Shown: positions 1 through 13,436 of the stretch, piece after piece | How positions within the stretch are numbered: position 1 is the stretch's first letter | Layout of the letters: the number at the start of each line of letters is the position of its first letter | Notes under the pieces: generated by a model | Told to the model about the DNA's origin: nothing | Database searches by the model: none | What the model saw: the letters and a program-made list of their open reading frames with translations, nothing else | DNA from: Octopus sinensis | Taxonomy: Eukaryota | Direction of reading: 5' to 3' | Assembly: GCF_006345805.1 (NCBI RefSeq) | Contig: NC_043012.1 | Span: 12,462,001-12,526,000, forward strand | Length of the DNA: 64,000 nt | Translations under genes and position numbers: made by a program

Positions 1-493
1 TTGAAATTTTGCAGTTCGTATTAGAACTATAGCTCTTTTATTTGAAATTGTTTCTTCGTAATTGCCTCCATGTTTATTAACTTTTATTCGTGTATTTTTT
101 TCCTTTCTATCTTTATTTTTTTTTCTATTTTTATTTTTATTTTTACTCGTATTTACTTTTATTCGTATTCCTTTCGTTTTTATTCACACTTTTTTTAATA
201 TATTATTAAAATAGTATTTGCAAATTTAATTTTATTTGGAACACTATATATAACTACCACAGGTTTTGTGAATTTTCGTATATTTTTGTGATTTTTATTC
301 CTTAGTTTATTCGTGTAACTTTTATTTCTGTAACTTTATATCTTTATTTGAATTTTTATGTGAATGATGGCTTGTACTGTAGAGTCCAGCGGAACTAAAC
401 ATGCCTAATTTAAACACACCTATTTTGCACATAATTATGGGATTTAAAAATTAAAATATAGTTTATTGTATTGAACGTTGATAAAGTTATAAG

Positions 494-588
494 GGCCTGA
501 TGATTGGGATGGCATCTTGAGAGGGGTTCCATGGAAACACGAAGTGGTTTAGGAACCCGAGGATGTACCTCATGAAACACGCGTAGCC
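494..588 (+). ncRNA. Hammerhead candidate with long stem II
   Basis: GGC-CUGAUGA (497-503) ... long imperfect hairpin (CAUC/GAUG, GGGUUCC/GGAACCC) ... GAAAC-ACGC-GUA-GCC (574-588); base of stem II is U.U. Confidence 0.45.
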
Positions 589-1339
589 AAGGAATAATAC
601 AGTATTTAAAATTAAAAAAAAATTTTGGTGAGAAGTAAGGGTATACTATCTCTAAATTAAGATATATATATATATATAACACTGTGTGTGCTCGCGTTTA
701 ACTGGAGGATGATCACATGATCCCATATGAAATTCATTAATGGGATCAGGATCCCTTACATTCTGAATCTAGAATCCCATCCTCCAATCCGTGCATTTCT
801 CGTTTTCTTTCTTTCTGTCCTCTTTACATTTTACTAGCCCCTGTCCTCCATTCTTTCTCCCTTTTGCTCTTTCTTTCTCCTGTGTAATTTATCTTAAATG
901 AAGAACTGTATTAGTGTTTCTGTTTTCCTATCACAATTTTCTTCTTTATTCTCTCGGTACATTTGCACTGCATCTAACTGTCTCTAGGGTTGCGTTTGAA
1001 ACTTCATTATCTTATTGAAAGTGAAAAGCATTCCGTAATCTCTCACCTTTTAAAGGATTAGGAATAGATTCCTTAAAGCAATTCTTTAACATTCCCAAGC
1101 TATAGATAGGATGAAGTGGCTCTTGAAAAATATTCTTACAACTAAAATCCTTCAATAACATCTCTTGTCAATTCACTATCTTTTCTCAGTATTCGATAAT
1201 ATTTTTCCAAAAGGGGAGACTATTTAGAAACATCATTTATTTTCAATAGTTTTGCTGTTGCTATTGTTGTTGTTGTCGTTAATACTGATGCTTTTGTTGT
1301 TGCTGTATCTTTATTATTGCTAAGACAGCTAGCTGGCAG

Positions 1340-1355
1340 AATCTTCAGCACGCCG

Positions 1356-1448
<93 letters not shown>

Positions 1449-1540
1449 TATATATATACACATATATATATATATACATATATGTATGCATATACATACA
1501 TATATATACATATATATATACATATACATATATGTATATG

Positions 1541-1572
<32 letters not shown>

Positions 1573-1575
1573 TGT
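1340..1575. repeat. (TA)n/(TATG)n compound microsatellite, representative of dozens in the window
   Basis: Direct reading; similar tracts at about 10380, 11880-12410, 26880, 52340-52590 and 61770-63240. Confidence 0.95.
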
Positions 1576-2277
1576 ATTGTGTGTATATTCTAAGCATGCC
1601 AATACCAAATTCAGAAGAAAATAAATGTCGTTGAAAGCAAAAGTGATCTCTAAATGATGGAGACTAAAACGGTTTTAATGAAGATTATCAAAAAATGTTA
1701 GTTCAGAATTTACGAAACGATAATTATTTACATTACAGACAATATGTTTTAACATTACTTTGCTGACAATGAAAATAATTATCATTCTTATAGTTACAAT
1801 AAATGGCTGACGATATGAGCATTTCTGATCACGAACAGAAATAGTGGCGGGGGTGCATCATATCCATGTTTTGAGAGTTATTGTTTGGGCTTTGGATAAT
1901 TCGCCTCTGGAAACATAGATGTTTCATTCGTCATCCTTAAACAAACCATATTCATGCATCCATTTTGCTTGAAGAAGATCCGCTATGGACTTATATGCTA
2001 CACCACTGGTTTTCAATTCATATTAATCAAATTAATATTCAATTTTTCATCCTTATTATGGATGAAATGACTTGAACTTGAATAAGTGGTTTCACATAAA
2101 TGGGGATAAATTAAAAAGGTAATTTTTATAGTTATTACTGATTGACTATTGTAATCACATTTGTTGGTTCTTCGTCAGGGAAACGCTCATCTGCAATTTT
2201 GATGAAATTCGAAACATAGATATTGCAGTTCATTACAGAAAATATAACAGAAAAGTCTAATCCTTTAATTGTATGTA

Positions 2278-2306
2278 ACTCGAGTAACGCCGGGTAACTC
2301 TGCTAG
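2278..2306 (+). mobile_element. Helitron-type 3' terminus (5' extent not determined)
   Basis: CTCGAGTAACGCCGGGTAACTCTGCTAG|T resembles the 3' ends of the other Helitrons here. Confidence 0.45.
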
Positions 2307-2399
2307 TATCTTATATTGCCTTATATATTTACATTCATACACATATCTGTACAGGCAGATGTATACTTGTACAGACTGATGTATACTTGTATACATATA

Positions 2400-2517
2400 T
2401 AGTCCACCAGAGGACCATCATGGTTTCCTTATCCCTGATTCTGAATGTTCTTAGGATCCACCCAGCCAGTCGTCTGCACTTTGTCGCCATCCTGGTAATG
2501 TGCACTTGGAAAGAGGC
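2400..2517 (-). mobile_element. CR1/L2-group LINE RT C-terminal fragment
   Basis: FQVHITRMATKCRRLAGWILRTFRIRDKETMMVLW. Confidence 0.65.
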
Positions 2518-2528
2518 ATATATATATA

Positions 2529-3043
2529 CTAGCAGTATCGCCCGGCGTTGCTCGGGTTTGTAAGGGAAATAACTATATAAGCATTTTAGAGAGTTACTTC
2601 CCTTATAGATGCCAATTCGGGTTTTCTTAGCCATTTCTGTTTTGGTGTCTTCAAGCCATGAAGTCGTTGTTCTAAAAGAAGGCTGGTCTCCTTGACAACG
2701 ATTTACGACGTTGATTTCCGTACACTCCCTTCCCCACAGCTTCACGAGGGAGGGAAGAAGGGGGAGAAGCAAACAGGTGCAGGTGTGACCATGGACACAC
2801 CAGCAGGTGTGACCATGGACACACGAAAAATTATGCATTAAAATGGAATAAAAAATGATGTTAAATTATTTTTAAAATCGTAGACTCATCGTAGACGCGC
2901 GCTAATACTCAGACGGGCTCGATATGAATCACGACTATAAGATACTCGAATTTGGTTAAACTGCACCGCAAAATGTGGGAGTAGTTAGGAATCTAAATCG
3001 AAGGGGAGAGACACTCACACAACTACAGTTTTATATATATAGA
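2529..3043 (-). mobile_element. Non-autonomous Helitron
   Basis: On the minus strand: A|TC 5' end, GC-rich hairpin CCCGAGCAACGCCGGG about 10 nt before CTAG|T 3' end; homologous to 30292-30686 and 60485-60854. Confidence 0.75.
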
Positions 3044-3054
3044 TATATATATAT

Positions 3055-3455
3055 ACTCTTTTACTCTTTTACTTGTTTCAGTCATTTGACTGCGGCCATG
3101 CTGGAGCACCGCCTTTAGTCGAGCAAATCGACCCCGGGACTTATTCTCCGTAAGCCCAGTACTTATCCTATCGGTCGTTTTTGCCGAACCGCTAAGTGAC
3201 GGGGATGTAAACACACCAGCATCGGTTGTCAAGCCATACTAGGGGGACAAACACAGACACACAAACACACACATACATATATATATATATATACACATAT
3301 ATACGACAGGTTTCTTTCAGTTTCCGTCTACCAAATCCACTCATAAGGCATTGGTCGGCTCGGGGCTATAGCAAAAGACACTTGCCCAAGATGCCACGCA
3401 CTGGGACTGAACCTGGAACCATGAGGTTGGTAAGCGAGCTACTTACCACACAGCC
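3055..3455 (-). mobile_element. tRNA-derived SINE family A (full length)
   Basis: Head GGCTGTGTGGTAAG...GGTTCAGTCCC (A/B-box-like), internal microsatellite, AAAAGAGT tail; many copies in the window. Confidence 0.85.
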
Positions 3456-3696
3456 TGTAAGATGTACATATGAATATATATGAATATAAAAATGGAACAA
3501 AAACGCAATAGAGGACATTAAAGCATTCGGACAGATAGGCGATACAAAGATGGACAAGAGAAACAACAATAAGGACAGGCAAAAGAAGACGGGTCATTCG
3601 TGGCTTTCTTTCCTCAGTCAAGTTCCAGAAGTCAAGACCATTTCGGGCAGTTACACTATATGTACATACACACATACATACATATATATATATACC

Positions 3697-3905
3697 GGAG
3701 TAAACACATAAATGTGAAACAAGGTGGAAAAAAGAGTACTCAAATACCAGAGGTAGAGTAATATGCTTTATTTAAAAGCAGCAGAAATTTAACAAAAGCT
3801 GTTACTCGGAGTTTCACGTTCCCGTTCGTCAAAACTGTCCGACGAACAGGAACGTGAAACTCCGAGTAACAGCTTTTGTTAAATTCCTGCTGCTTTTAAA
3901 TAAAG
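3697..3905. mobile_element. Penelope-like terminal-repeat fragment with inverted duplication (65-bp arms 3766-3830/3841-3905, 10-nt spacer)
   Basis: Arms differ at 2 positions; same family as 39034-39190; flanked by (TA)n/(CA)n; contains a hammerhead-like motif. Confidence 0.7.
3831..3877 (+). ncRNA. Variant/degenerate type I hammerhead motif
   Basis: Stem I AAAACUGU/ACAG-C-UUUU; core CCGACGA (U4 to C); stem II AC(A)-GGAA-CGU (ACG-GGAA-CGU in the inverted arm); GAAAC-UCCGA-GUA. Confidence 0.55.
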
Positions 3906-3980
<75 letters not shown>

Positions 3981-4511
3981 AATATATATATATGCATATA
4001 TCAAACAAAATCTCAACATCAAAAAATATATCGTTTCACACAGATCACAGGAGAATAAAATAAGAAAAACAAAATGAAAGCCGAATTGAAAATCTATGTT
4101 TTGAAAGAAATATAAGTTGAAATAGATATATCTATTTTGAGTAGATAGTTTTTCAGCCAATAACGTATTTAGCAATATAAGCGACAGCAGATTTTAAAAT
4201 TCTATAACAACAATATTAACAAATCTGTAAATATAACATTATGTCTTAAGTAAACTGAAGCATAAACGAAAATGTTTTCCTTGTACTGTTCTTTCTTCTG
4301 TCGTTCGAATGAATATATTTCAGTAAATATATATAAATAAATAAGACCACCGCGCTTTTATTATTTGGAGGGAGGAAGTAAAACGTGATGTTAGCTGACA
4401 CATCTTTTTATTGTAATACGTCTTTTTCTATTATTAAGCTCTCTCTGTCCCGCTCTCTTTTACTGTCTGTCAGTTTGTACGTCTGTCTGTCTGTCTCCTC
4501 TTTCTCTCTCA

Positions 4512-4552
<41 letters not shown>

Positions 4553-5336
4553 GCACAGACAATATGATGGCATTCTCTTCTCCGATCTTAGAAGGAATTT
4601 GTCGCTTCCATTATCTACCAAGCCCGGAGTTTCTAACTTCTGGTGCCCATACCCTTTAGGGTTGCCGGATCATATAAGGAGAAGGCAGTTCGGAGGATGG
4701 GGAAAAAGGCTGAAATAATATATTGTGATTCAGCTTAAAACAATTAACTCTAAAATGCAAGCTTTTTTTTTCTGCAAAGTACACCAATTAATTTATTATT
4801 CTCCATAAAACGTTTTAAATCAGAGTTTATAACAAAGACATTTGTCTTTCCATTTGCAACGACATGCTTAAGTACACTCGGCTACGTTGACGCTTTTTAT
4901 AGGGCGGCACTTTTTAGGGTCTGGTATATAAGCTTGTATAGGCTTGTGGTCCAGGAGGAAAGGCAAACTCAAAGGCTACGCACTGTAGGTACACCACGGA
5001 ATTCTGGATTTATTTCTCATTTCTCTATGATATAACATGCAAGAATTGCCTGTGTCTCCACTCAGACTGGGAGATTGCAATCAGCTAAAAATGAAAAGCA
5101 GGTACAAAGAAATCTTTGAAATTTATATAAATTTCTGGTAGAGACACCGTATTTCGTTATGCAACTAAAATGTGACCGAATCACATTTTAAAGTTATTTC
5201 TCCCCAGATTTTTCTATAGAAATTATAGTCAGCGATGTGTCCATTGATAGTTAATGGGCTGGGTGTGGTGCTGTAAAACCCCAGAAATATGCTTATGCAT
5301 CCTTTATCTATTTTCTCTCTTCGATCATCGCATTAC

Positions 5337-5722
5337 GGAGTGGCTGTGTAGTAAGAAGCTTGCTTCCCAACCACATGATTTCGGGTTCAGTCCCACTGCG
5401 TGGCACCTTGGGTAAGTGTATTCTACTATAACCTCGGGCCGACCCAAGCCTTGTGAGTGTATTTGGTTGAGGGAAACTGAAAGAAGCCTGTCGTATATAT
5501 ATATATATATATGTTTGTGTGTCTATGTTTGCCCCCTCCCTACCATCGCTTGAGAACCGATGTTGGTGTGTTTACGTACCCGTAACTTAGCAGTTCGGTA
5601 AAAGAAACCGAAAGAATAAGTACTAGGCTTACAAAAAATAAGTTCTGGGGTCGATTTGATCAACTAAAGGTGGAGCTCCAGCATGGCTGTAGTCAAATGA
5701 CTGAAACAAATAAACAAATAAA
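5337..5722 (+). mobile_element. SINE family A
   Basis: Homologous to 3055-3455. Confidence 0.85.
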
Positions 5723-6539
5723 GACTTATTCGTATAAGAAACGTCGTAACTATGAGTGAGTGCCTGAAATCCGTAGAAATAATTTTAAAACTTGACGTTT
5801 ACGTTCACAGTTCTGGTTCCTTTAGTAACAGTTCTTTTTTCTAATTGTTCAATTTACATTTAAGTTTAATGCTCTGAAAAGTTGAATTTAAGTTGTTTCT
5901 CCCCTTTGCTAGTGTATGGTGTTCAATTGGAAATAGTCATTAGGATATTAACATTTCATTACCATGTGTGCATTATTATTTTTGTATTGGTGCAAAAATC
6001 ATTCCGACATTTCCAAAGGTGGTTAAACGTAGAAAATATTGGGGACTACTCTACTAAACTATCTTTTATTTTAAGGGTTAATAGTAACAAAACGCCGCAT
6101 TTGCTAGTGAAGAGTTGTTTAGTAGCGTATGCTTCCAATGTGGTTATGCTGGGAAGCGATCTCTAGAGGCATGTTCAAGCTGCTGGTCTTATTGTAGTTT
6201 CAACCCAGATCAACACCGGTTAAGGAGATATGATCTAAAATATGACCCCCTCCTAATCCAACACCGGTAGTGATAATACCTCCAGTTCTACTTTGGTGGT
6301 AACTGACCGTATGAACCAGATTCTTTCACATGTCAATTCAAACCCAAGTGCAGACAGGAGAACTTGCAACCTTCGGGTGCGTATTCTTTGCCCACTTGAA
6401 GCGTTCTGTCTACGCAAAAATGTTGTTAACAAATGCCGGCGAGTTAACAGTACGCTCCCACCAGGCAAAGGTCTATATTGGCGGCACTGTTAATATCAAG
6501 TGCCCCTGCCGAGCACACAAATTCTGAATTATCTACCTA

Positions 6540-6770
6540 TTTCTTTATTACCCACAAGGGGCTAAACATAGAGGGGACAAACAAGGACAGACAAAGGTAT
6601 TAACTCGATTACATCGACCCAATTGCATAACTGGTACTTAATTTATCGACCCCGAAAGGATGAAAAGCAAAGTCGACCTCGGCGGAATTTGAACTCAGAA
6701 CGTAACGGCAGACGAAATACGGCTACGCATTTCGCCCGGCGTGCTACCGTTTCTGCCAGCTCGCCGCCTT
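6540..6770 (-). mobile_element. SINE family B, 18-bp TSD ATTCTGAATTATCTACCT
   Basis: TSD at 6522-39 and 6771-88; head GGCGGCGAGCTGGCAGAAAC...GAGTTCAAATTCC. Confidence 0.88.
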
Positions 6771-7924
6771 ATTCTGAATTATCTACCTGTAAATTATCTA
6801 CCTCTTTAGTAACCCATATACATTACCTCGGGTCCCATAATATTTCCTATACCCAAACACTCATCTAAACAATTTTCATTATTTAAATTCTGATTGCAGA
6901 GAGATAGTGTCCAGCATTCATAGTTGCCCATTAATGCATTTTGTTATTATTTCACTACTAGGGCAACTCAACGTCTTATTAGCGTTCAAAAATTGATTTA
7001 GTTTTTAAAATAACTGGTGCCAAATATTCAACGAGTCACTCGACACCAAATATATTTTACAGTAATATAGATTGATGATGATGATTGTTGATATATTATC
7101 TGTCTTGGAATCTGGCACAATATCTATTCATCGTATTGCAATGCTCTAGATTACATTATTTTGGAATGTAAGACAAGTGATTAAAATGCTGAGTCATTCA
7201 ACTATAATAATTATTCTATATCTCACGAATCTGTGATTACAAAGATAGAGATAGATAGAGAGAGAGAGAGGGGGTGAACGGAGACGGTGAACAGTGAGAA
7301 GAGGAGAGAGAGATGGGAGTTAGAGAGAGAGAGAGCGAGAGAGACCCTAATGCAAATACACACTCACAGATATTGCTAGAAGCACAATATATGCAGTAGC
7401 GCCTTTAGAGAAATACAGACATTTACACATGTGCACTTACAAGTATGCACACGGGCGCGCGGTACAGACAAACACACACACACACAAACATACAAACACA
7501 CACGCAACCACACATACACAAGCACATACGCAAACACACACACATACATAATCTAGAAATATTGAAGATAAGCGTTAGTCGATACGCCAATTTAAGAATG
7601 GTGATATTCTGTCTCTGAAATACCAACCAATGAAATAACGTAGAGTCAACGTAGAAAACTATTCTAGACCATTAATATCTGATTCTCCTGGCAACTTAAT
7701 TGATACTTTGGTCTTTCGTGGTATCGTTTCCGCGATTTCCAGACATTCACAACTCTGTAAGAACACAGTTTGATATTAAGTGACAATATGCGGATGTGTA
7801 TAAAGTTCGTTATGATATAAATGGATTTACAAATTGATAGATACAAACAGCAAGTACAAGAAGATAATGGCTTTGAAATTTATTTTCATTTAAAAGCTTC
7901 TGTATATATATTTTTTTTTTCATT

Positions 7925-8390
7925 TTTTTTACTTCTTTCTGTCATTTCACAGTGGCCATACTGGAGCACCACCTTAAATTATTTTAATCGAAGAAATCGA
8001 CTCCAGGTTTTATTCTTTGTAAGCCTTTGTAGTAATTCTATCGGGACCTTTTGCAGAACCACTAAGTTACGGGGACGTAAGCACACTAGCACCTGTTGTC
8101 AAGTGGTAGTGGTGCACAAAGACGGCGAGCGGGTAGAATCGTTAGCACGCCGGTCGGAACGCTTAGCGGTATTTCGGCTGCTGCTACGTTCTGAGTTCAA
8201 ATTCTGCCGAGGTTGGCTTTGCCTTTCATCCTTTCGGGGTCGATAAATTAAGTACCAGTTACGCACTGTGGTCGATATAATCGACTTAATCCGTTTGTCT
8301 GTCCTTGTTTGTCCTCTCTGTGTTTAGCCCCTTGTGGGTAGTAAAGAAATAGAAATAGGTGCACAAACACACACACACTCACACACACAC

Positions 8391-8447
<57 letters not shown>

Positions 8448-8590
8448 GGACGGGCTTCTTTCATTTTCCGTTTAACAAATTCAGTCAGAAGTCTTTCGTC
8501 GGCCCGGGGCTATAGTAGAAGACACTTGCTCAAGGTGCCGCGTGGTGGGGGACTGAACCCAGAACCATGTGGTTGAGAAGCAAGCTTCTT
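7925..8590 (-). mobile_element. SINE family A interrupted by a family B copy
   Basis: A-family halves flank 8121-8357. Confidence 0.75.
8121..8357 (+). mobile_element. SINE family B nested in family A, 10-bp TSD GGTGCACAAA
   Basis: TSD at 8111-20 and 8358-67. Confidence 0.85.
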
Positions 8591-8989
8591 ACTACTATAA
8601 TTTCTCCTAATTTTGGTACAAACCCAACAATTTTCAGGGAAAGATCATGTCACTTATATTGGCCCCAGCACTTGATTGATACTTTATTTTATTGACTTCG
8701 AAATAAGATACGCAAAGTCGACCTCGGCAGAATTTAACTCAGAAATTGAAGAGCCGGAAGAAACGCAACTAAGTGATTTTGTCCGACGTGCTAACGATTG
8801 TATTTGTTCGCCTCCTTAAATTGTTAAATGCAATAAACAGAACATACCGTTGCTCCATCGACCTTAAAATTCTCTGAGCTGTGTCTGCCCCCCTTGTATA
8901 TGTTTGTTCATATATATAGTAAAACGTTTCGTAAAAGAAGTCCATCTATCCATCCATCCATCCATGCATCCAACCGTTCGCCCAACTGT

Positions 8990-9480
8990 CCGTCCGTCCA
9001 TCCATCCATTCATCTTTTCTACCTCCCTATCCTTTGACGGTCGTGGGTATAGTGTCCCGAGGCACCTCCTTCAAAGGGTCTTATGGATAGCAGCCTATCT
9101 TAGATTTCCTGGCTGGACTCCGGAGTGTGACAAATTTACTTTGGATAATGTCAACCCATCTCGTTCTTGGTCTACTCAAAGTTAGAAGAATCCGCCTTGC
9201 GATACTTCCCTGAGACATTCTAATCGCATGGCCATTGCACAGGAGTTGTGACCTCTCAATGCCTTGAAGTAGCTGTTTGACCTGGAGAGGTATCCTGTCG
9301 AGTAACGTTACACTAGAGAGCCGTCAGCAAGTCTGCCATTTCGTCCACTTATTGTTGCAAATGTACTCTTCCGGTCATTATCCAGCATTCAAGATCATAA
9401 GTGATGGATGTCATGAAGACCGAATTGAAGAAAGCAATCCGGGCCTTGGTAAAGTTTTTCTTTACCAAGGAAGTATGACT
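8990..9480 (-). mobile_element. RTE-like LINE 3' fragment with (GATG)n-type tail
   Basis: Minus frame GHAIRMSQGSIARRILL...RPRTRWVDII, typical of the post-RT region; followed by GGAT repeats. Confidence 0.6.
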
Positions 9481-10375
9481 GATAAATGAAATCTAGGCAT
9501 AAACGAATAAACTTGTTCCCTTTGTAATAAATATTTTCATTGTTTTCAGCCTAAAATATCATCCCAATTCTAAACTTTTGTATTCGCAACATTCAACTTT
9601 ACGAGAGGAAAAAAAACACAAACCAAAGAATAAAACGTACATTTACATAAAATTCTATCACTCACAATAAATACCGAAAATCCCGAGGGCTATTATCGGT
9701 AAAATAATCAGTTATCCTATCATCAAATAATTGAAACTTTTGTTGTTTGTTTCAGTGTGACTAATAAAGCCAGCCTCTATCACACCGGACCTCTATCACT
9801 CGCTAATCTGAATATACATGATGATATCTTTTGCTTCGTCTTCTATAAATACTAATTTTAATAAGATTCAGAAGCTAAAGCTTACGAAATGAAATAAAAA
9901 TGTTCTCATTAAGCGCTGATAAGTATGTGAAGCTGAGTTTTAGCTACAAAATTATTTTGATAATTAACGTCTATCAATCAATCCATACCCCACCCCACAA
10001 CCACAAAACACAAGCACTCACGTATATATCCGACAACGTACTTGCATAACTGAGTGTTTAAGAAGTTCGTTTCGTAATCACAGGTTTTCTGGATCTGTTG
10101 CACAGCATTGTATCACCAGAGATATTTAGGGTGGAGCGAAGCCCTGTGACAAGAACTGAGTAGACTGAATATGTGTATAAAACCGTCGGACGTATTGTAT
10201 CATCATTTGAAATGTCTATCGTGTGTGGAGGATTGCATAATGGATACACATGTCTTTGGAATACACAGCCACTTCTATGCTAATTCAGTGAACAGATAAT
10301 TCAGTTAAGTTGAGTATTCATCGCCGAAACAATTTACTTTATAAGCGAGTATGAATACGTATATATATCTAAATC

Positions 10376-10420
<45 letters not shown>

Positions 10421-10741
10421 ATATATGTATATATGTATATATATGTATATATGTGTATATATGTATATATATGTATATATATATATAAATATATATATGT
10501 TTGTGTCTGTCTTTGTCCCCCCCCCCACCATCGATTGACAACCGACGTTAGCGTGTCTACGTTCCCATAATTTAACGGTTCGGCAAAAGAAATCGATAGA
10601 ATAATTACTTGGCTTGCAAAGAGTAAGTCCTGGGGTCGATTTGCTCGACCAAAGGCGGTGTTCCAGCATGGCCACAGTTAAATGATTGAAACAAGTAAAA
10701 GAGTATCTATCTATCTACCTATCTCTCTCTCTCTTTATATA

Positions 10742-10780
<39 letters not shown>

Positions 10781-10789
10781 TACTGAGAT

Positions 10790-10842
10790 AGAGTTTAGAG
10801 ATAGTTAGACAGATAGATAGATAGATTGATAGATAGATAGAT

Positions 10843-10915
<73 letters not shown>

Positions 10916-10930
10916 GATATAGAGATAGAC
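10790..10930. repeat. (GATA)n microsatellite (others at 35045-35180 and 40330-40430)
   Basis: Direct reading. Confidence 0.95.
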
Positions 10931-12007
10931 TAAAATAGAGGGAAAAGGGAAAAGAAAAAGATACTAAATTATACTTGTTAATAACGAGTAGAACTCTTAT
11001 GTTCCTCGTCTCTTTTCACTTCCTTCTACTAACTCACTAATCTCTCACTAAGTTCTTACCCCCTCACTCAATCACTCTTCCATACTTACTCTCCCTAGCA
11101 ACGTTACGCACTTCGAACGTCAGCTATACGACACACGCACACACACTCACAGACACACACAAATATATATCTATTTATACAAACATTACACACTAAGACC
11201 CTGTATGAGAGCAAACCAACATATAACCATCTAACCACAGGTACACGCATTCATGTACATAAGCACCCGCACATACACACACAACCATACACGTACACAC
11301 ACACACAAACTAACACACATGCCTACACATGCCAACATATGGAAAGATTTATTTCCGTTTCCGTTGCTTAGGGCAACTAACACCAGAATAGTTTGTTGAA
11401 ACAGGACAAACTTGTCTGCTTCTGCCGAACAGGAATATTATAAACGGAGCCGATTTTTTATGTACGTACAAATGTTGTTATTTCTGTTGCTTTCGCTGTT
11501 GCTGCTGCTACTGCTGCTGCTGCTGCTGCTGCTATTTTTGCTATTGTTGTTGTTGTTGTTGTTTTCATTAGTTTACAGATTCTTGCCTGATTAACGAATC
11601 ATTAATGCCGGTGACATCAATCGTGATTAGTTTTACTTCTTCAACATCAAACGTGTATTCGGACAAATGAATATTTTAGTGCGACGCACTATTGTACGCA
11701 CACGTATACACAGAGATCTGCAGAGACACACACACGAATATACATATTTATGATTGGTAGGAGACCCCCATCCACTTACATAGAGGAACACACGGGAGAC
11801 AGACACGCACACACGCACGTTTCATAGCTGTTTACTTTCATCACGAGCACATTTATTTATAATATAATATGATATAATATATGTATGTGTGTATATATAT
11901 ATACATTTACATATATATATATATATACATATATCTATATACATACATATATGTGTGTGTATGTATATATGTGTGTGTATGTATATATGTGTGTGTATGT
12001 ATATATG

Positions 12008-12056
<49 letters not shown>

Positions 12057-12196
12057 ATAAATATTTTATATATAAAGAACGTGAAATACAGGAATATATA
12101 TATATATATATATAAGTATGTATGTATATGATATATATATATATATATTTGAACGTTTGTACCATAGAGATATTTTATCGACAGAAACATACTCAT

Positions 12197-12234
<38 letters not shown>

Positions 12235-12409
12235 ATATATATATATAGATATAGATACACACACACATATATACATACACATACAGGCACAATTTTTATC
12301 TATCTATCAATATTTCCATATATCACTTTTTCCATATATAGATACATAGATATATACATACATACATATCGTATATATATCATATATATATATATATATA
12401 TATATTTCT

Positions 12410-13070
12410 TGACTAGCTCCGCCTCTACTCTGTTTCTTTCTACTACCAATCCTTTGCTGAAAGTTATCAATTCTATTCTAATCGCCCTTTTCAGGGCCAA
12501 CCACCGTTTATTGTTAATTATTGTCGCCGTCAAGGCCCTCTTAACTAGTTCACTAATCTGCTCACTGAAATCCTTACACGTTGGCAACGATGTGTCCAGC
12601 TTCCATTAATCGCGTCCCTGTCTATGAATCCTATCTAAATCGACTGTACAGATCACGAATTTGTGGTGTGTGTAGTCGACCTCTTTAAATTGTGTACAAC
12701 CTATGCTATCCTTATCTGCTAATCTACAGAATATCATACCTACGATCTGGATTACTCGATGCCTTTTGACCTTGTCCACACTAGCATATCAGGAAAATCC
12801 AATCGATTCCTTTCAAACAGTTGGAATATTCTGAGTTTTGCGAAGCTTTTGCACACTCCTCTCCTATCTCCTAAATCCACGTAGTCCCACCTTATATTAA
12901 ATCCAATCCAATCCCTAACTAGCACTAAAGAGCGGGACATTCCCAGGAAACTTTACAGACGTTTGAAGAAATCTGGTCGTCATGCCCCAGTCGGAAAATC
13001 ATCCATATTGCTAAATCCAGATATTTGCGAACCAGCATAGCGATTCCACCTCCCGCTCCCGGATGACTAT
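12410..13070 (-). mobile_element. L1/Tx1-like ORF2 APE-endonuclease and post-endonuclease fragment
   Basis: RPDFFKRL..FLGMSRSLVLVRDW..., GKLDTSL (WKLN.SLL-like), KRWLALKRAIRIELI; many stops. Confidence 0.6.
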
Positions 13071-13074
13071 TTTA

Positions 13075-13436
13075 CGTAGGATATGGGCATTTCCAGTGAG
13101 CAGTGTCTTTTGAATTTCTGCCATTTTGGAGTTTCCTAATATCCTAGCTAGGTAGGAATCAGCCCTTGTTCCTATCATTCCCTGGACACCTATAACAACA
13201 GGTATTGTTTTAATCTTGAAGTTCCACATTTTGCCAATTTCTATTTCACGATCGTTATACATGCTCAGTTTTTGGTAGGTTTTGACAGATATATTTTTGT
13301 CAATTGGGACAGTCATATCAATAACAAGGCATGATTTTTGACTGAAGTCTTTCAATATGATGTCTGGCCTATTTGCATCTATGTGTCTGTCAGTATAAAC
13401 AATGAAGTTCCAGAGGAGTGAGATGTGATCATTTTC
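13075..13436 (-). mobile_element. R4/NeSL-type non-LTR retroelement restriction-like endonuclease fragment
   Basis: ENDHISLLWNFIVYTDRHIDANRPDIILKD...CLVIDMTVPID.NISVK...K...EIEIGKMW...TIPVVIG..G...EIQK..L.G.AHILRK (PD-D/E-xK RLE signature). Confidence 0.8.

Noticed and set aside
525-538. RFX X-box GGTTCCATGGAAAC
   Set aside because: Imperfect, inside a repeat-derived hairpin, and 17 kb from the first coding exon.
6330-6527. Tc3-like transposase motif (FFAHLKRSVY)
   Set aside because: Similarity too short, with no PxSPDL motif or TIRs.
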